A stretch of DNA of 61,002 nucleotides, the filler included. It is 4 parts of 4 records of this genome, joined end to end, with 100 filler letters (N's around TTAATTAATTAA, not from the genome) between each part and the next. Parts side by side here need not be neighbours in the genome. Positions count along the whole stretch, not along the records: positions 28,933 to 51,703 come from SRR2962707_2229; 3 more parts are not named here. One strand, 5' to 3'. The notes beneath the pieces were generated by a model. The model made no database searches and was not told the origin of the DNA. It worked only from the letters and a program-made list of their open reading frames with translations. Below are positions 28,957 to 41,400 of this stretch, piece after piece (the first letter of the stretch is position 1; each line of letters opens with the position of its first letter). The position numbers were made by a program, and so were the translations under genes.

Positions 28957-29471
28957 GGTGCACTTGACCCAGGACGAAAGGGCCAGACGAGTCGACGCTG
29001 TCCTGCAGGATGCAGTGGTCTTTGGGTCTGTGCCGTGGAGGCGGCAGGTGGCGACGGGCGGTTCTGTTGGTTTCAGCGTCTGTCTTTTGGGGGGTTGTTT
29101 TTGTTGTTTGTTGGGATGTTTCGCGAAATTCGGAACAGCGCCTTTGTTTCCTCTGCTGCCGTAGTTTTCTGGTTTTGTTCTTTCTTTTCGGCTTGAGCCT
29201 GCGTGTTGCGTCTGTGCGCTCCCGTGTGGGCTGCTGTCTTTTTGTGTGTTTATTTTTTCGATCATGGTGTATTTTGGTGCAGTGCGTATTTTTGTCAACA
29301 GCAGCTGATGAGGTGCCCAATGGACATAGTTGCACCACAGCCGCACTTTGAAAGTGTCTCAAAGGAGGACGCAGACACACACACAGTCCAGCTTGCGCAA
29401 TGAACGTTGAGTTATTAGAGTTATTTGAGGAGTCGCACCGAAGCGGGCGCAAGTGATCTGAACCGGCTACA

Positions 29472-32400
29472 ATGCTCGCATGTTTGCTGTTGGCTTTGCT
29501 GCGACTGTGCTTGTCGAAAATTCTTGATCTTACTGAGACTAAAGTCACTTTGGAGCTGCCGCGGTGGAGCAAATGGCGCCGAGGTACGGAACGTGCAACA
29601 TCTTGGCTGCTTACCGACCGTGTGATTTCCAGACTCGACTATCGTGATTTTCCAATTTTGCTCAAACTCTACCATTGCGCGCGTAGCTGGTATTTCCATG
29701 ACAAATATCGGAATCCCACAGTCAACGCTTCGAATTGGGAAGGCGCACGTTGGCCTGATCCGCGCGGTCGTGACATGGGACGGTGTTTTTTTCTGGTCTG
29801 TCACTGTGTCAATGTTCCGTTTGAACGAGGACATTCACGCTTGCGTGACCCGTCACAATAATGACACTGTCTTTGTCCAGGCCGAAATTGACCATCACCG
29901 CCCGAAACATTCGAGGTCTTGTTGACACTTTCTCCATTCATCACGCACCACCCAAAATTCCAGTTGGTGACCCAGCGGAAGCAAGCTCTGGAAGCACAGG
30001 TACTTTCCAAACATTTTTTCGCACGGATTTACTTTGTTTTTTTGTGACAACATTGTGTTTGACATCTGCTCTCGTGCACCACATGCAGAAACGTCTGGAA
30101 GCGGGGAGACCCCGATTCAACCTGCGGGAGTGAAGTTCATCAGCTCAATTATTTGGTGGCTTGCTTGCCATGTCGTTGCTTGGCTTTTAGACATTGAAAT
30201 TGCCATTGAAGCAATCCGTATAGTTTTGGCCCCATCAAAATCCTCATGCTACCAGACGCAGAATACACCCAATGCAGCTAGTGTCGGTAGAGGGCTGGGT
30301 GGGCCCTCGCGGCTTGAAGTGCAATTGCTGGCACAAGTGGTGGTTGAGCTGCAGACAGCAGAATTGTTCACCGTGAGCTCTGCGGGCAACAGAATCGTCA
30401 ACTTTGATTCGCACCACAAACTTTGCAAAACCGCAAGTTTGCGCGGCCTTGCTATCAGTGTGTCCAGTGTGGACGACGCGGCATTCGGCGAGGCTGGAGG
30501 AAGCTTTCGCGACCCCTCGTCACCGGATTCCTCGTCACCAGATTCCTCGTCCCCGTCGACAACAAACGCAGATTGTGTGCTGTCACTCTCGGAATTGAAC
30601 TTGTCACTGTTCGATGTGGACATATTTCATATGTGTGCGATTCGAGCCATTGTTCATTGCGGAGCAATTCAAGTCCGTTTGCATTCCGCAGTTGTGATTG
30701 AGGTTCTTCGAATTTTGAATCACGTTCAGCTCTCACTCATGGAGCCAGTTGTGGCGGGGTGGTTAATTCCCTGCACGCCAAGTACTTTGGCGAATACGGA
30801 AGCTGCGAGTCCGCCTCTTTATGTGGTCGTGTTGGCATCGGGCGCTGTACGAGCATTCATCAACGAAATGAACTGGGCCACAGCAGTTTGCGGCTTTCAG
30901 CACAGCACTGACCTATTCGTCGCCAGTGACACGAATCCGATATTTGGAATCGTTGACGAGGACGGTTGCAACCATTTGTGGCAAGCCGCAGATCACCACG
31001 ACATGCAAAGGTGGTTGGGCGTTTTGATATGCATGCTGAATGGTGATCACCCATTGCATGTGCGTGAACGATATGCGGCCTTTCCTGGTTTTGCGGGGTC
31101 GAACGGATCGGAGAGATACCGTGCACCATCCACTGCAACGCCGCCTATAGCAGGGCAGCAGGTAGCGTCTGTACCAGGCGCAGGAAGCAAGCCCGCAACA
31201 AACAAAGCCTGTATGTTTCCATCGTTTCAAAGCGGCGCTTTTACAGTTGCGAAATGGGCAGTAACGGCGCTGTTTGCTCCAATGTGGCACGCATCAACTC
31301 AGCTACATTCTGCGACGGTACCAAAGCTGCTAGCCAACGATGACACTTCTGAGCCGCACAACGATGCACCATCCCGTTCAGGCAGGGTTCGCGGACAAAG
31401 CATTGGTGCCGAAACCTGCAACAGTACACCACCTACGCATTTGATTCCAAGCATATACCAACTGTTGCCAAGAGCATGGCGGCACACTGTATCGCTTTCG
31501 GCAGATGTTCGCTTTGACAGAACTGAGATGGAGCTCCTTCTGGAGGTACCCTCATCGTGGTTAAACGCTGTGCCTGAAAACAAACGACATGTGAAGCTTG
31601 CCCGTGTTCGCATGGACGGAATCGTTGTGGCATTGAAAGCTCACTCCCAAACGAGCTGGTTTTCCTGCAATTCTACTGTCGCCGAAGCGGACAGCCCCAT
31701 CCCGTTTGCAGTGACTGCGGCAGCGGCAATGGAAGCCAAAGTTGTGATCAAAAGTGTAGTGGTTCACACAGACTCGCTGCGTGCATGGGGACCTCTCGAA
31801 AAAAATGGAGTTTCACACTCCCATTTGTTGGAACAAGTACTTGTGGATACTGATGATCGAGACCCAAGCAGGGGTGATTTTTTACGCGTTACAACTTTTC
31901 TCGATTTTACGCTTCATGGACAGCGACAAGGGACACGCCTGGCATCAGTCGCAACCAGTGACTTCGAAGCTCTCGGTTTATGGCGGCGGGAATGCGATTT
32001 TACGATGGCAGACACGTGTTGGTGGGCTAGATTTCGCAGTGCGCCCGGAAAAGAGGCAGCACAGCCTCTCAAAGTTGAGCTTCTTTCAAATGTGTACGTG
32101 GCCGCAGACCTTTTGTGGTTCACGCGGATGCAGATGTGGCTTCGAGAAGTTTCTCTGTGTGTGACCAAAGAGTTGGGCCGACATCAGACTGCCAGTTGTG
32201 ACCGTTCTTGTCCGGCTTCGGCCTGTTTACCGAGGCAGTCGCACAACGCACAACGGCCGGTTGCTGCACCCGCAGAGTCTTGTAAACCTGCATGCAGCGG
32301 CCTGGTTGCCAAATTCATTTCTCGACACATTTTCAAGTGTGGAACCAAATTGCACGCACCCCTCGTATATCTCAAGCAACTCCGGCTCGTGGTCCCAATT

Positions 32401-35400
32401 CACTGCGGCGTCAGCGCACAGACAGGGCGCTCTGCTCCTGTCGGCCAAGGCCGAGGTCAATCGTTCGAAAGTCGTCGACACAAAGCTGATGCGTCGCCAA
32501 AGGTACCGACAGCATTGCGCACATTTGCGAATACAGTGGGCGGCGCTGCGTGGGTTGATGACAGCGGTGGTTGGTATTGTTGTTTGCGTTGCGTTGAAGC
32601 TTCGATTTCTTCACTACTGTTGAAAAGTGCACAATTCTCGCACCCGAAATCATTTTCTCTGGCAACGGGATTGGACCAACCGTCGTTTCGGTATGGCGCA
32701 TCGGTCAACATTGGTTCTGTGCGTGTGGGTTTTACCAACGCAGTCGCCACGAAGTACCACAAGCTTATCGTGACTGTGACCAGGCAGCAAACGCTTGGAC
32801 GTTCATGCCGTGAAACCCCAACATCAGAGGACGATTTTGGTGCGAACATGGTGTCTTTACTTTCCTTGCGCAGCTTTTTGCTTCTTCCCGTCGATCTGGT
32901 CCCCGTTGAATTTATTCATGATTCTCGCAGTCAAGTCTGTGCTGCGATCAACATGCCATTTCGCGGAGATGCACAATGCCAAGCTTTCGGCGTCGCGGGG
33001 CTTGACATGATATTCTTTCCGAACTCCCTCAGTATTGACGTGTCGTTTGAAGATGTGCTCGTCGCGTGCTTTTTGATCTCAACAGCAATAGCACAATTTT
33101 CGGAGCCACATCCGAGCGCTGCAGAGACAGATTCTGCAGACGTTGCTGTTGGAACCGATCAGGCATTAACTTCAGTGAATTATTACGCTTCCAAGAGAGC
33201 AAATGGAATTTCCGAAGGAACTAAACCGTCGAGTTCAGGGCCCACTCGTGTTACGTGGCATGTCACAGTTATCGTTGTGAAGGACGTGACTCTGCGTCTT
33301 CGAACTCGAACCTCTGACGGACGCGATGGTAATGCTGCCCATAGTCTCATTCGCTCCCTTGCGCACGGCTGTTGGAATGCATCATCGCAAACAGGCGAAA
33401 GACTTGCCGCTCTGCTCGTAGATCCTGCCAAAAAGTCTGCGATGGAAGGAACTTATTTTTTGCGCATTTTAAACTTCAGCATCTCGCTGCAGGGTACTAC
33501 CACAGCGCCCTCGTCAAACCCGACGAGCGAGTGTGAAGGCGAGGGAGCAACTTTTGATATGCTCATCTGTGCAGATGAAGCACGCCTTGATTCCCTCGAG
33601 TTCGACACCGTGCGAATGACAAAACGTCCCGATCACAATTCGCACGGTAGGTTCAAGTTTGCAAGTGCGACCCCCGTCGCACCGAAATTGAGACAATCGT
33701 GCCTGCTGCTACAGAACGTTTCATTTGGGATGTCAAATGTCTTTGGACAGGGGATTGACCTGAAAGTTGGGTACAAGCCTGGCCTTGTGCTGAGTCTTAC
33801 TTTTTACCGAGACTCGTTTGTTAGCCTGTTTGCGTGGATCAACGGCATTATTGCCGTGTTTCGCTGCGCGCATGACGACGTGCGGGAGGAGGCAGCAGAA
33901 TCCAGTTACACCCGCATGCGTCTTGACATTGCTGTGGAATCAGCGACAATTGGTATTGGCACAACAGACCACAGGGCGAAACCTCTTGACGTATTCCCTG
34001 GTGAAAGGTTGCATGTGCCCGTGATGACGCCTCGTGGCCGTGTGTTGCAGCCGTTGAACGAATCGGTTGTGGCTCTCGTTTACTTCGAAAAATTTGCCAT
34101 GGTGTTGGAAAAGCACCAGGTTCATCCAATGGTACATGCTGCTATCGCCGCTGGCCTTGAAGTTCCGCTGCGCCAAGGTGGCCTGGATATTTTGATTGCG
34201 TGTACCAACTTGCTTGTCATTGACCATCTCGCCGAAATCAGGCGCATTGCAACTCAAGCGCACAAATCTGCGAAACCATCCGCTCCCACCCAGGACAACG
34301 CGTCAGCGAACATGCAAAGCAGATCCCACAAAGCAACACGAACCCTACCACGGTTCGAGCACACTTGCTATGGGCATGTTATTCAGCCCATTTGTATTTT
34401 GGGCGAAGGTGATGGTCCGAGCTGTGGCCACAAGCGCAAGTTTACCTCTCGCCAACCGTCAAGTTTGGAACTAAGGATTTCTGTTGCTCCAGATCTTTGT
34501 GCTCACAACTTACAACATCCGCCAACGATGTCGACCGACGCAGAATGCGATAAACCCGGAAGTTGCGCCCCAAATCAAAATTGTGACGCGCAAAAAGATC
34601 CGTTCCACTATTCGCCCTTAATTCAGGTCAGACTGCAAGGCGTGCAGATTCATCTCAGTATTCGCTTTATTCTTGAAACTCTGCAGTTGGTGGAAAGCAA
34701 TATTATGCCTGCATTTCTCGTGTGGGGCGTGAGGCGCAGTGATCAGTTTGCTTTTCGGCAGCGTGTTGCGTCATGTATTCTTCTGCCAGGGCTCAACGTT
34801 AACATTTCAAGTCCACGTCGCTCCTTGGCAACTGGCGAAGTGGGCACAAGTGCAGCATCTGCAGCCCGACGCCACACACAGTGTTTAGGGTCAGGGGCAC
34901 ACTTACATTTAGAAGTGTGTGTGTTTAATTCCATAGTCCTGTTGCCAAAGAGTCACTGCAGTCCGCACAATGTGGGGATTCGCATTCGTGACTTGGCATG
35001 CTATAGCATTCAGCCCGATCAGCATTTTGCGCTTCAACGAGCGGAAGACCAACGCACCGGCTTCGTCGAGCGTTACGTGGGGGCCACAGCGAAAAACTTC
35101 GTGAAGGACAACCTCGATTTTGATAAAGCATGCGCGGTAGAGTCCTCGCAAAATAGCATTTCTTCGCAGCACGGGACAGAAAACTCAGTCGACCGCCAAA
35201 GAGCATTGCTAGCGGAAATACGCGCATACGCATTATGTGCCCGATGCGTCGGCTCCGCATTGCCCAATAAAGCTCAGCGAATGCCGGGTTTCGATTCAGG
35301 CAATCGTCCGCACCTTGCTTCTACAACTATCGTTCGAATGACACGAGCAAGAATGAAAATGTGCGGACGTTGGCGGAAGTGCTGGTTGGCATTGGTAAAA

Positions 35401-38400
35401 TCATCAGAGCCGACACATCCAACTTTCGATGAACCGTGTGATGCCGCAAATTCAAATGGCGACAACGGAGCCTCGGTGGATTCGCAATGCAAGCGGGAAC
35501 AGGTGGGCCAGGAAAACTTTCCACCATTGCCGGGTGATAATGTTTTGCCTAACCCATCTTCCACGCAACGGCATCGTTTTTTTTTGTGGTGTCATTCCAC
35601 TTCGGCAATTCAGAAGCGAGCTCGTGCCCAATGCCTTCGTGTCGGTGCTGCTACAGCGCTGCGCGTCGTGTTCGCTGATTTCTCTGCAATGTTGTCGCAT
35701 CGATGCCCGCGTGTTGTTGGATGCCACACATTACTGGTGAGGCAGTGTGACAGCGATCTCGAGCTTAGTTTCATGTTCTCAACACAACCACGACGGGCCG
35801 CATGGATAGATGTGTTGCGCAATGCCATTGCTGCTGATTGCCGGCAGCGCAAGATAGAGGCCATGCAGGCCACTTGTGTAGGTCCAACAGACTTTTCGCA
35901 CTTGTCGCACTTATCGCCCTCGCATCAGGTTCCGAACAGTGCACGGTCTGGTTTGGGAGCGCAGCGCAGCTTTCACCGCAGCAGCCTGCGCACCCGGAGC
36001 ATCGACTCCAACCTGAACGCGAATGGACTGGGCAACGCCCAGGATGTTCAATCCCGGCCAATTGCACATTTGGCTCGACCTCGCCATAGCAGGCGGGGTT
36101 CCTCAATGAACCGACACAAAGCCAAAGGAACATTTTCGACTCGCACAAAGCGGCTGTCTTCTGCTGTTTCTCCTCAAGACAACTTAAGCCCATGTGCACT
36201 GAGTAGTGATTGTCGGTGGGAGAGAATTAAGGTCGCGCTTTTGCTAGCTCGTTGGCTACATCCTCCCGCGGCTTCTGCGGTTTGTGGCGGTCGTAACGGC
36301 ATCACAAACTTGCGCAGCGCATCAGCTCTGCAAAGCTGGTCGCTGCAGTACACGATTCTTCAAGCTGTTGGCGTCCGCATTGCACGATTTGGTGGCATGC
36401 GCTGGGCACCTGCGCTGAAGAAGCAACAACACTCTCAAGGATTACAGTCTGACAAAGCCAAAGCTGCCATGGGTGTGCAGTGCAATAGTACCTTGCCACA
36501 GGAAGCCGCTTCAAAAGTCAATGGATTTCCCTCTCTTCTGCACGACATGCTCAAGTTCCAAAGTCGAACAGTGGAAAGCTGGAGCGCTGATGGGGACGAA
36601 CTGCAAGTCTCCGATGACACGGCTTTGAAGCTTGGCTTTCACGAAATGCACTCCCCTTTGCAACTATTGTGGGTTAAATTTCAGTTCACGCCAGAAAATT
36701 TTGGGCGCGTGCCCGCAACCACGCACGCCAATTCACCTACCAACGCACGTACCGCGCAGCAATGGGACGATGTTCGGCAAAATATCGGTTCAGTTGAAGT
36801 GAATGATTTTGCTGCATGCCACAGTCATCGTTGGCGAAGCCGAAGCATATCCTTAATGCCGCTCTGTGATAACCTGAGTTTGTGCGGTACCGTTCAAATC
36901 AACTCGCTGGACGACGTGATCAGCGGTCGTGCTACAAAGCTCCAAGACATTAGGTTATTTCTCGACTTTGGCGGTCCCGTTTGTTTTCCACGGCATGTGT
37001 ATGACATAGTGACACAACTTGCAAATGGCGGGAACGTTTTCAGCGAAGACTTCTTGGTTCTGCCCCAGCCGCCATCGCTACCATTCCAGGACGACAGTGG
37101 TGACTACACAAAATTATCGATCCAATTGGCAATCGCTCAAGCGGACATTTTGATTGGCAAGTCGATTCCGTTTACACCACTGCGAACACCCGCTGCCTTG
37201 GATTTACTGCACCAGCGGTCATCAAAGGTGGAACAATTCTCAAGCCGCTATTTTCAGAAACTTTCACGAGCCCGGGCAGTCCGTGAATCACCACCTTGGA
37301 GTTCTGCTGCAATCGCTGCTTTCAACAGTATTTGGAGATCGCTACAACTGCGGGTCGACCATGAATACTTTTCCGACCAAGACGCGGGCAGCACATCATA
37401 CCCCACGCAGGATCGCCAAAGTGGGTTTACGCAGCAGCCACACAGCACAGCACATGGTGCGGCTGCAGAAAGGTGGCAATCTGTGCGTGAAAAATATCGT
37501 TGTCGTTTCACTGACGAAGCCACACTTTTGACGGGAGAGGCAAATCGACTCGACGGTGATGGGGAGGATGACGACAACCAGGACGGTCTCGGACAAACCG
37601 CCGAGGCAAGTAACGTCCTCGAGTTCCAACTTGGCCTGCGAGGAGTGACAATGGATTTAAGTTTGATGGCTTCTGCTACATCGTCTCTGAACCTTGCAGT
37701 TGAAAACCTTGAAATGGGCAAAGCTCTTGCTGTTGGATCTACGTGCTACTTGAACTCCGTGTCTGTGGCGATGGATGACATGAGCCCGGTTCTTACACCC
37801 AAAGAAATCTTGCTCCCTGTTGTTGTGGTTGCTCACAATATGCGCCGCGTAGGGACAGTGGACCTGTTATTCTCGAGTCGCTTTATGCCAGATGGGTTTG
37901 TTTGCTTGCGGAACGTCTTTTTCTGTGAGTTGCACTCGTCTGCGTGAACCTGGGACAGCGTGATAAGTTGCGTTTATTTATTTGCTTGCTGTCTCAGGTA
38001 TTGGCTCCCAGGCAGCCATGTGTGCACAGGGTCCATGCTTACTCCTTATCTATGTTACATAAGGCAATTTGGTGGCCGAGAGCAGCTAATTTCGTCTGGC
38101 TTGCCTTCGCTGGGTCTGAAGTGGTTTCTGTTGCCTGCCTGCCCACTTGCTACCGTGCAGCCCGAACCCGCATTGTTGCAGTCGATGCACATACTTCAGC
38201 CGATGAATTCTTCATATTCCGCTGCTGTGCGAAGTCATGTCGAGGCCCAGCAGAAACGAGATACACGGACCAAAAGTAAGGCATCCCGCAGTGGTGCTCG
38301 TGCACAGAGTCGGAGGCATCTGGAGCAGAAGCAAGCCGAACAAGCGTGGCAGCAACAGTATCATCGCGAGCGTCAGCGACGGGCAGCGAACGCATCAGAC

Positions 38401-41400
38401 GCTAGTCCCAAAAGTGTTCCCCTATTGTCAGTATCTTATCGCATGAGCCCGAACAGCACCAAGCTTAAACTTCGGGCGTCGTCTCTGATTTTGTGGCCAA
38501 GTTCGGAAGTCACGGAATTGTTGGATTTTGTCAAGCCTGCAATGTCGGTATCCGAGTTAGAGGAGCTCGTGGCACAAACCATTGATGCGCTCGGAAGCGG
38601 CGACTCAAGCGTCCCGCATGATCTAGCATTTACAATTGCCAATTCCATCGGCACGCCAAAACAGCTCAACGATCGTGAAGCTGAGCTTCAAGTGATATGC
38701 CATGAAAAGTTGTTGTTCCACCGCCAAAAAACTGCGAGTGGTGGCGGCTCGGAAACTCAACATCAAGCGAACCAGCCGCCCGCCCAAGATCATCGCCATG
38801 CTCACTCGGTCGCCTCTGAACTCAAGCTTGACATTCGAGTTACGGACGTAATTGCCTGCATTACCACTGCCGAGTCTGATTGGGCACAACAACGTCTAGC
38901 AACCACCGTGCGTCCGGTGAGCTTGTGTGAGACAATCACCAATTTAGTATCACTCAAGCGTTCTACACTTGCAAGACTCCCAACGCTTGAAGTCACTTTT
39001 GCTGTTCCGATCTCTCGCACAATCCTCAACGTGGCCTTTGATGCTACTTATTCAATGAGCCGTAGCACCGTTCCTGCCACTCTTGCTGCACCTCTCGTTG
39101 CAAATGGGGACTCGGACACTGCCAACACTGACGGCAAAGAAGCGGTTGAAACGTCCTCAACAACGGCACACGTTTTACTCAAGCCGATATGGCTATCACA
39201 CAGCTCACCGCAAGTGCAGTTCATTACCTTGAGTCGCCAACCAGAAAGACGAGCGCGACATGCATTGTTGCGCCGAGGAAGTGTTTTTGCAAGAGGCAGT
39301 GGGAATCAGTCAAGTGGGCAGACAACGTCGATTTTTCCCGAGGATACCTCCCTGCAGTCTGAACATCGCGCGGAAACGCCGCAAACGCGGCAAGGACGTT
39401 GGGCAGAGCGTCTGTGGTACGTGTTGCATGAAATGTGGCCAGTTTTCCAATTGCTTAGGTTCAATGCACTCGCGCTTCGCACGCCTCAGCAAAATTACCG
39501 CCGCAGGTTTGTGTCCAAGATGTCTTTGCGCGAATCGACGTTCAGCCACCCGATTTTGTCCCTGGTAAAAAAGCCCGTTGTGTTGGATTTATCAAGCGCG
39601 ACGTCGGCTCAAAATGGAAAGCAGGTCATTCGCTCTGCCATTGCTCTGAGTGAGCTTTTGTTGGAGCTGTCATTTCCTGACGTTGTCCTGCTGTCCGAAA
39701 TGGGACGCCGAATCATCGGCAGAAGCAGTGAGAATGGTGCAAAAGATTCTCACCAAGAATCTGCACCTGCATCCGATGTTCCACCCAACAGCGCCGCGCT
39801 GCCCGCTGACAAAAATGGGGGTTTTGTCTGCAGTTACTCCATAATCTCCGCCCCGTCGGTGCATGTACAGTTTTTGCACAATATTCTTGAGCGGCGGCTG
39901 GGAGGAATGCATTTTACAAATTGCATTTTCGAAGCAGATTCCTACACTTGCATGCTGGCAGATGAACGCACCGTTCGCGCTTTTCATACGAGCGCGATGG
40001 CATCAACAACATTGGCCTTTCAGTATGTTCACCCGTGGCTCCCATCTGTCAACGAATTTTGTCTGGAGCCATGCGGCTGGGAGCTGATACGCAGTCATTC
40101 CAAAGACAAGGACTTCGTGATTGCAATGCTCGAAGCCTCAGATGCCCTCCTTCCGAACCAGTCGCCTTCACGTCGCAAGTCGTCGTCCTTTACCAGCATT
40201 CACGGTGGTGCTGGGGATGCACCATACCCAGAGCGCTACCAATTTAGCTCGGGTGGTCTCAAACTGCCGACCGTCGCGGACCAATGCATCGTCGTCCGAA
40301 GCGCCGAGCACAAACCCGTTCGACTTAACTTCACCGACGCATTACGGCAAACAATTGATTTGTGTTTGAGCACTAGCGACAAGCCGACATCTGGAGACGC
40401 CACTGCATCGTCAAAGTAGGTTCACATTGGCTCGTTGCCAACCCAATGAAACGCCCTGTATCGACCAGCGACTTCAACTCTGATGTTTTTGCACGGACCC
40501 GTTCAGGTATCACATCACGAATCAACTAGATGTGCCGATACTGATGCATTGTCACAATCGTCGAAAGATTTTGGTGCTTCCTGGAGAGCGAGGCTTCTTT
40601 GATGGCATTTCTCAGTGCGTTGGCATGCCAAATGCTGTGTCCGTCCGTCACAAACTTCGACGGACGAATGCAAGTGCACAGCTGAAAGTATGCTCTGCTG
40701 TGCGACGCAGGTTCTCTAACCTCTTGAACCAAGACGTTTACAGGCTGCCATCGGAGCTTTACGATGAACTTGTCCTTGATGTCGGAAGCCGGAAAGGGCG
40801 TTCTCGCTTCTATGTTGAGCCACTGCTAATTGCTCCAGGTACTGAGTTTATGGATTTTGTCCCGAAGAACCGCGTGTTTGCTCCGCGGCTCATACATGTA
40901 AACCGAACACGTACACTGCGCCTATCACTGATGGACCTTCCGATCACTCCATCGGCGCAACTCATGCGTGGTGCCGACGTGTTGTCTGGGGTCGTGGCAC
41001 GGGCCTTTTCGTTGACTATCGACGTCGACGACCAGCACAAAGTGCCGTCAATTGTGTTCGAACCAAATGTTCGCGTTGTGAACCAATCGACAACACCACT
41101 CCAAGTTTCGTTTGTGTTCAGAAGGGACCCTGCGAGTGCAAGCATGCAGCGCCAAGTGGAGATTTGCGCTACGACAAGCAATGCGAGCACGGTTGTGAAA
41201 AATGAGTTTTTGGCAAAAGGCTCAGACATACAGGTGCCCATGTTTGTTGTTCTTGGGCTCGGCCAGATGTTATGCAGGCCAGTGCACCATGCTGACACTG
41301 TTTGGGGGAACGGGAGCGTTTCGGCGTCACCAAGTCAGCCCGCTGACACTTCAGCAACCAAAAATTTGTGGGTGCATGTGGGAAATTTGCATTCTTTTGA

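Noticed and set aside
28583-29472. Bacteria-to-eukaryote horizontal transfer junction
   Set aside because: The junction is an artificial linker.
28877-29572. Minus-strand 231-aa and 153-aa ORFs at the start of the eukaryotic contig
   Set aside because: Low-complexity, run through microsatellite and Ns; more likely promoter/5'UTR.
30034-37947. 2637-aa ORF as a standalone viral polyprotein or bacterial giant protein
   Set aside because: Both ends are explained by in-frame GT-AG introns linking it to neighbouring exons; no viral motifs.
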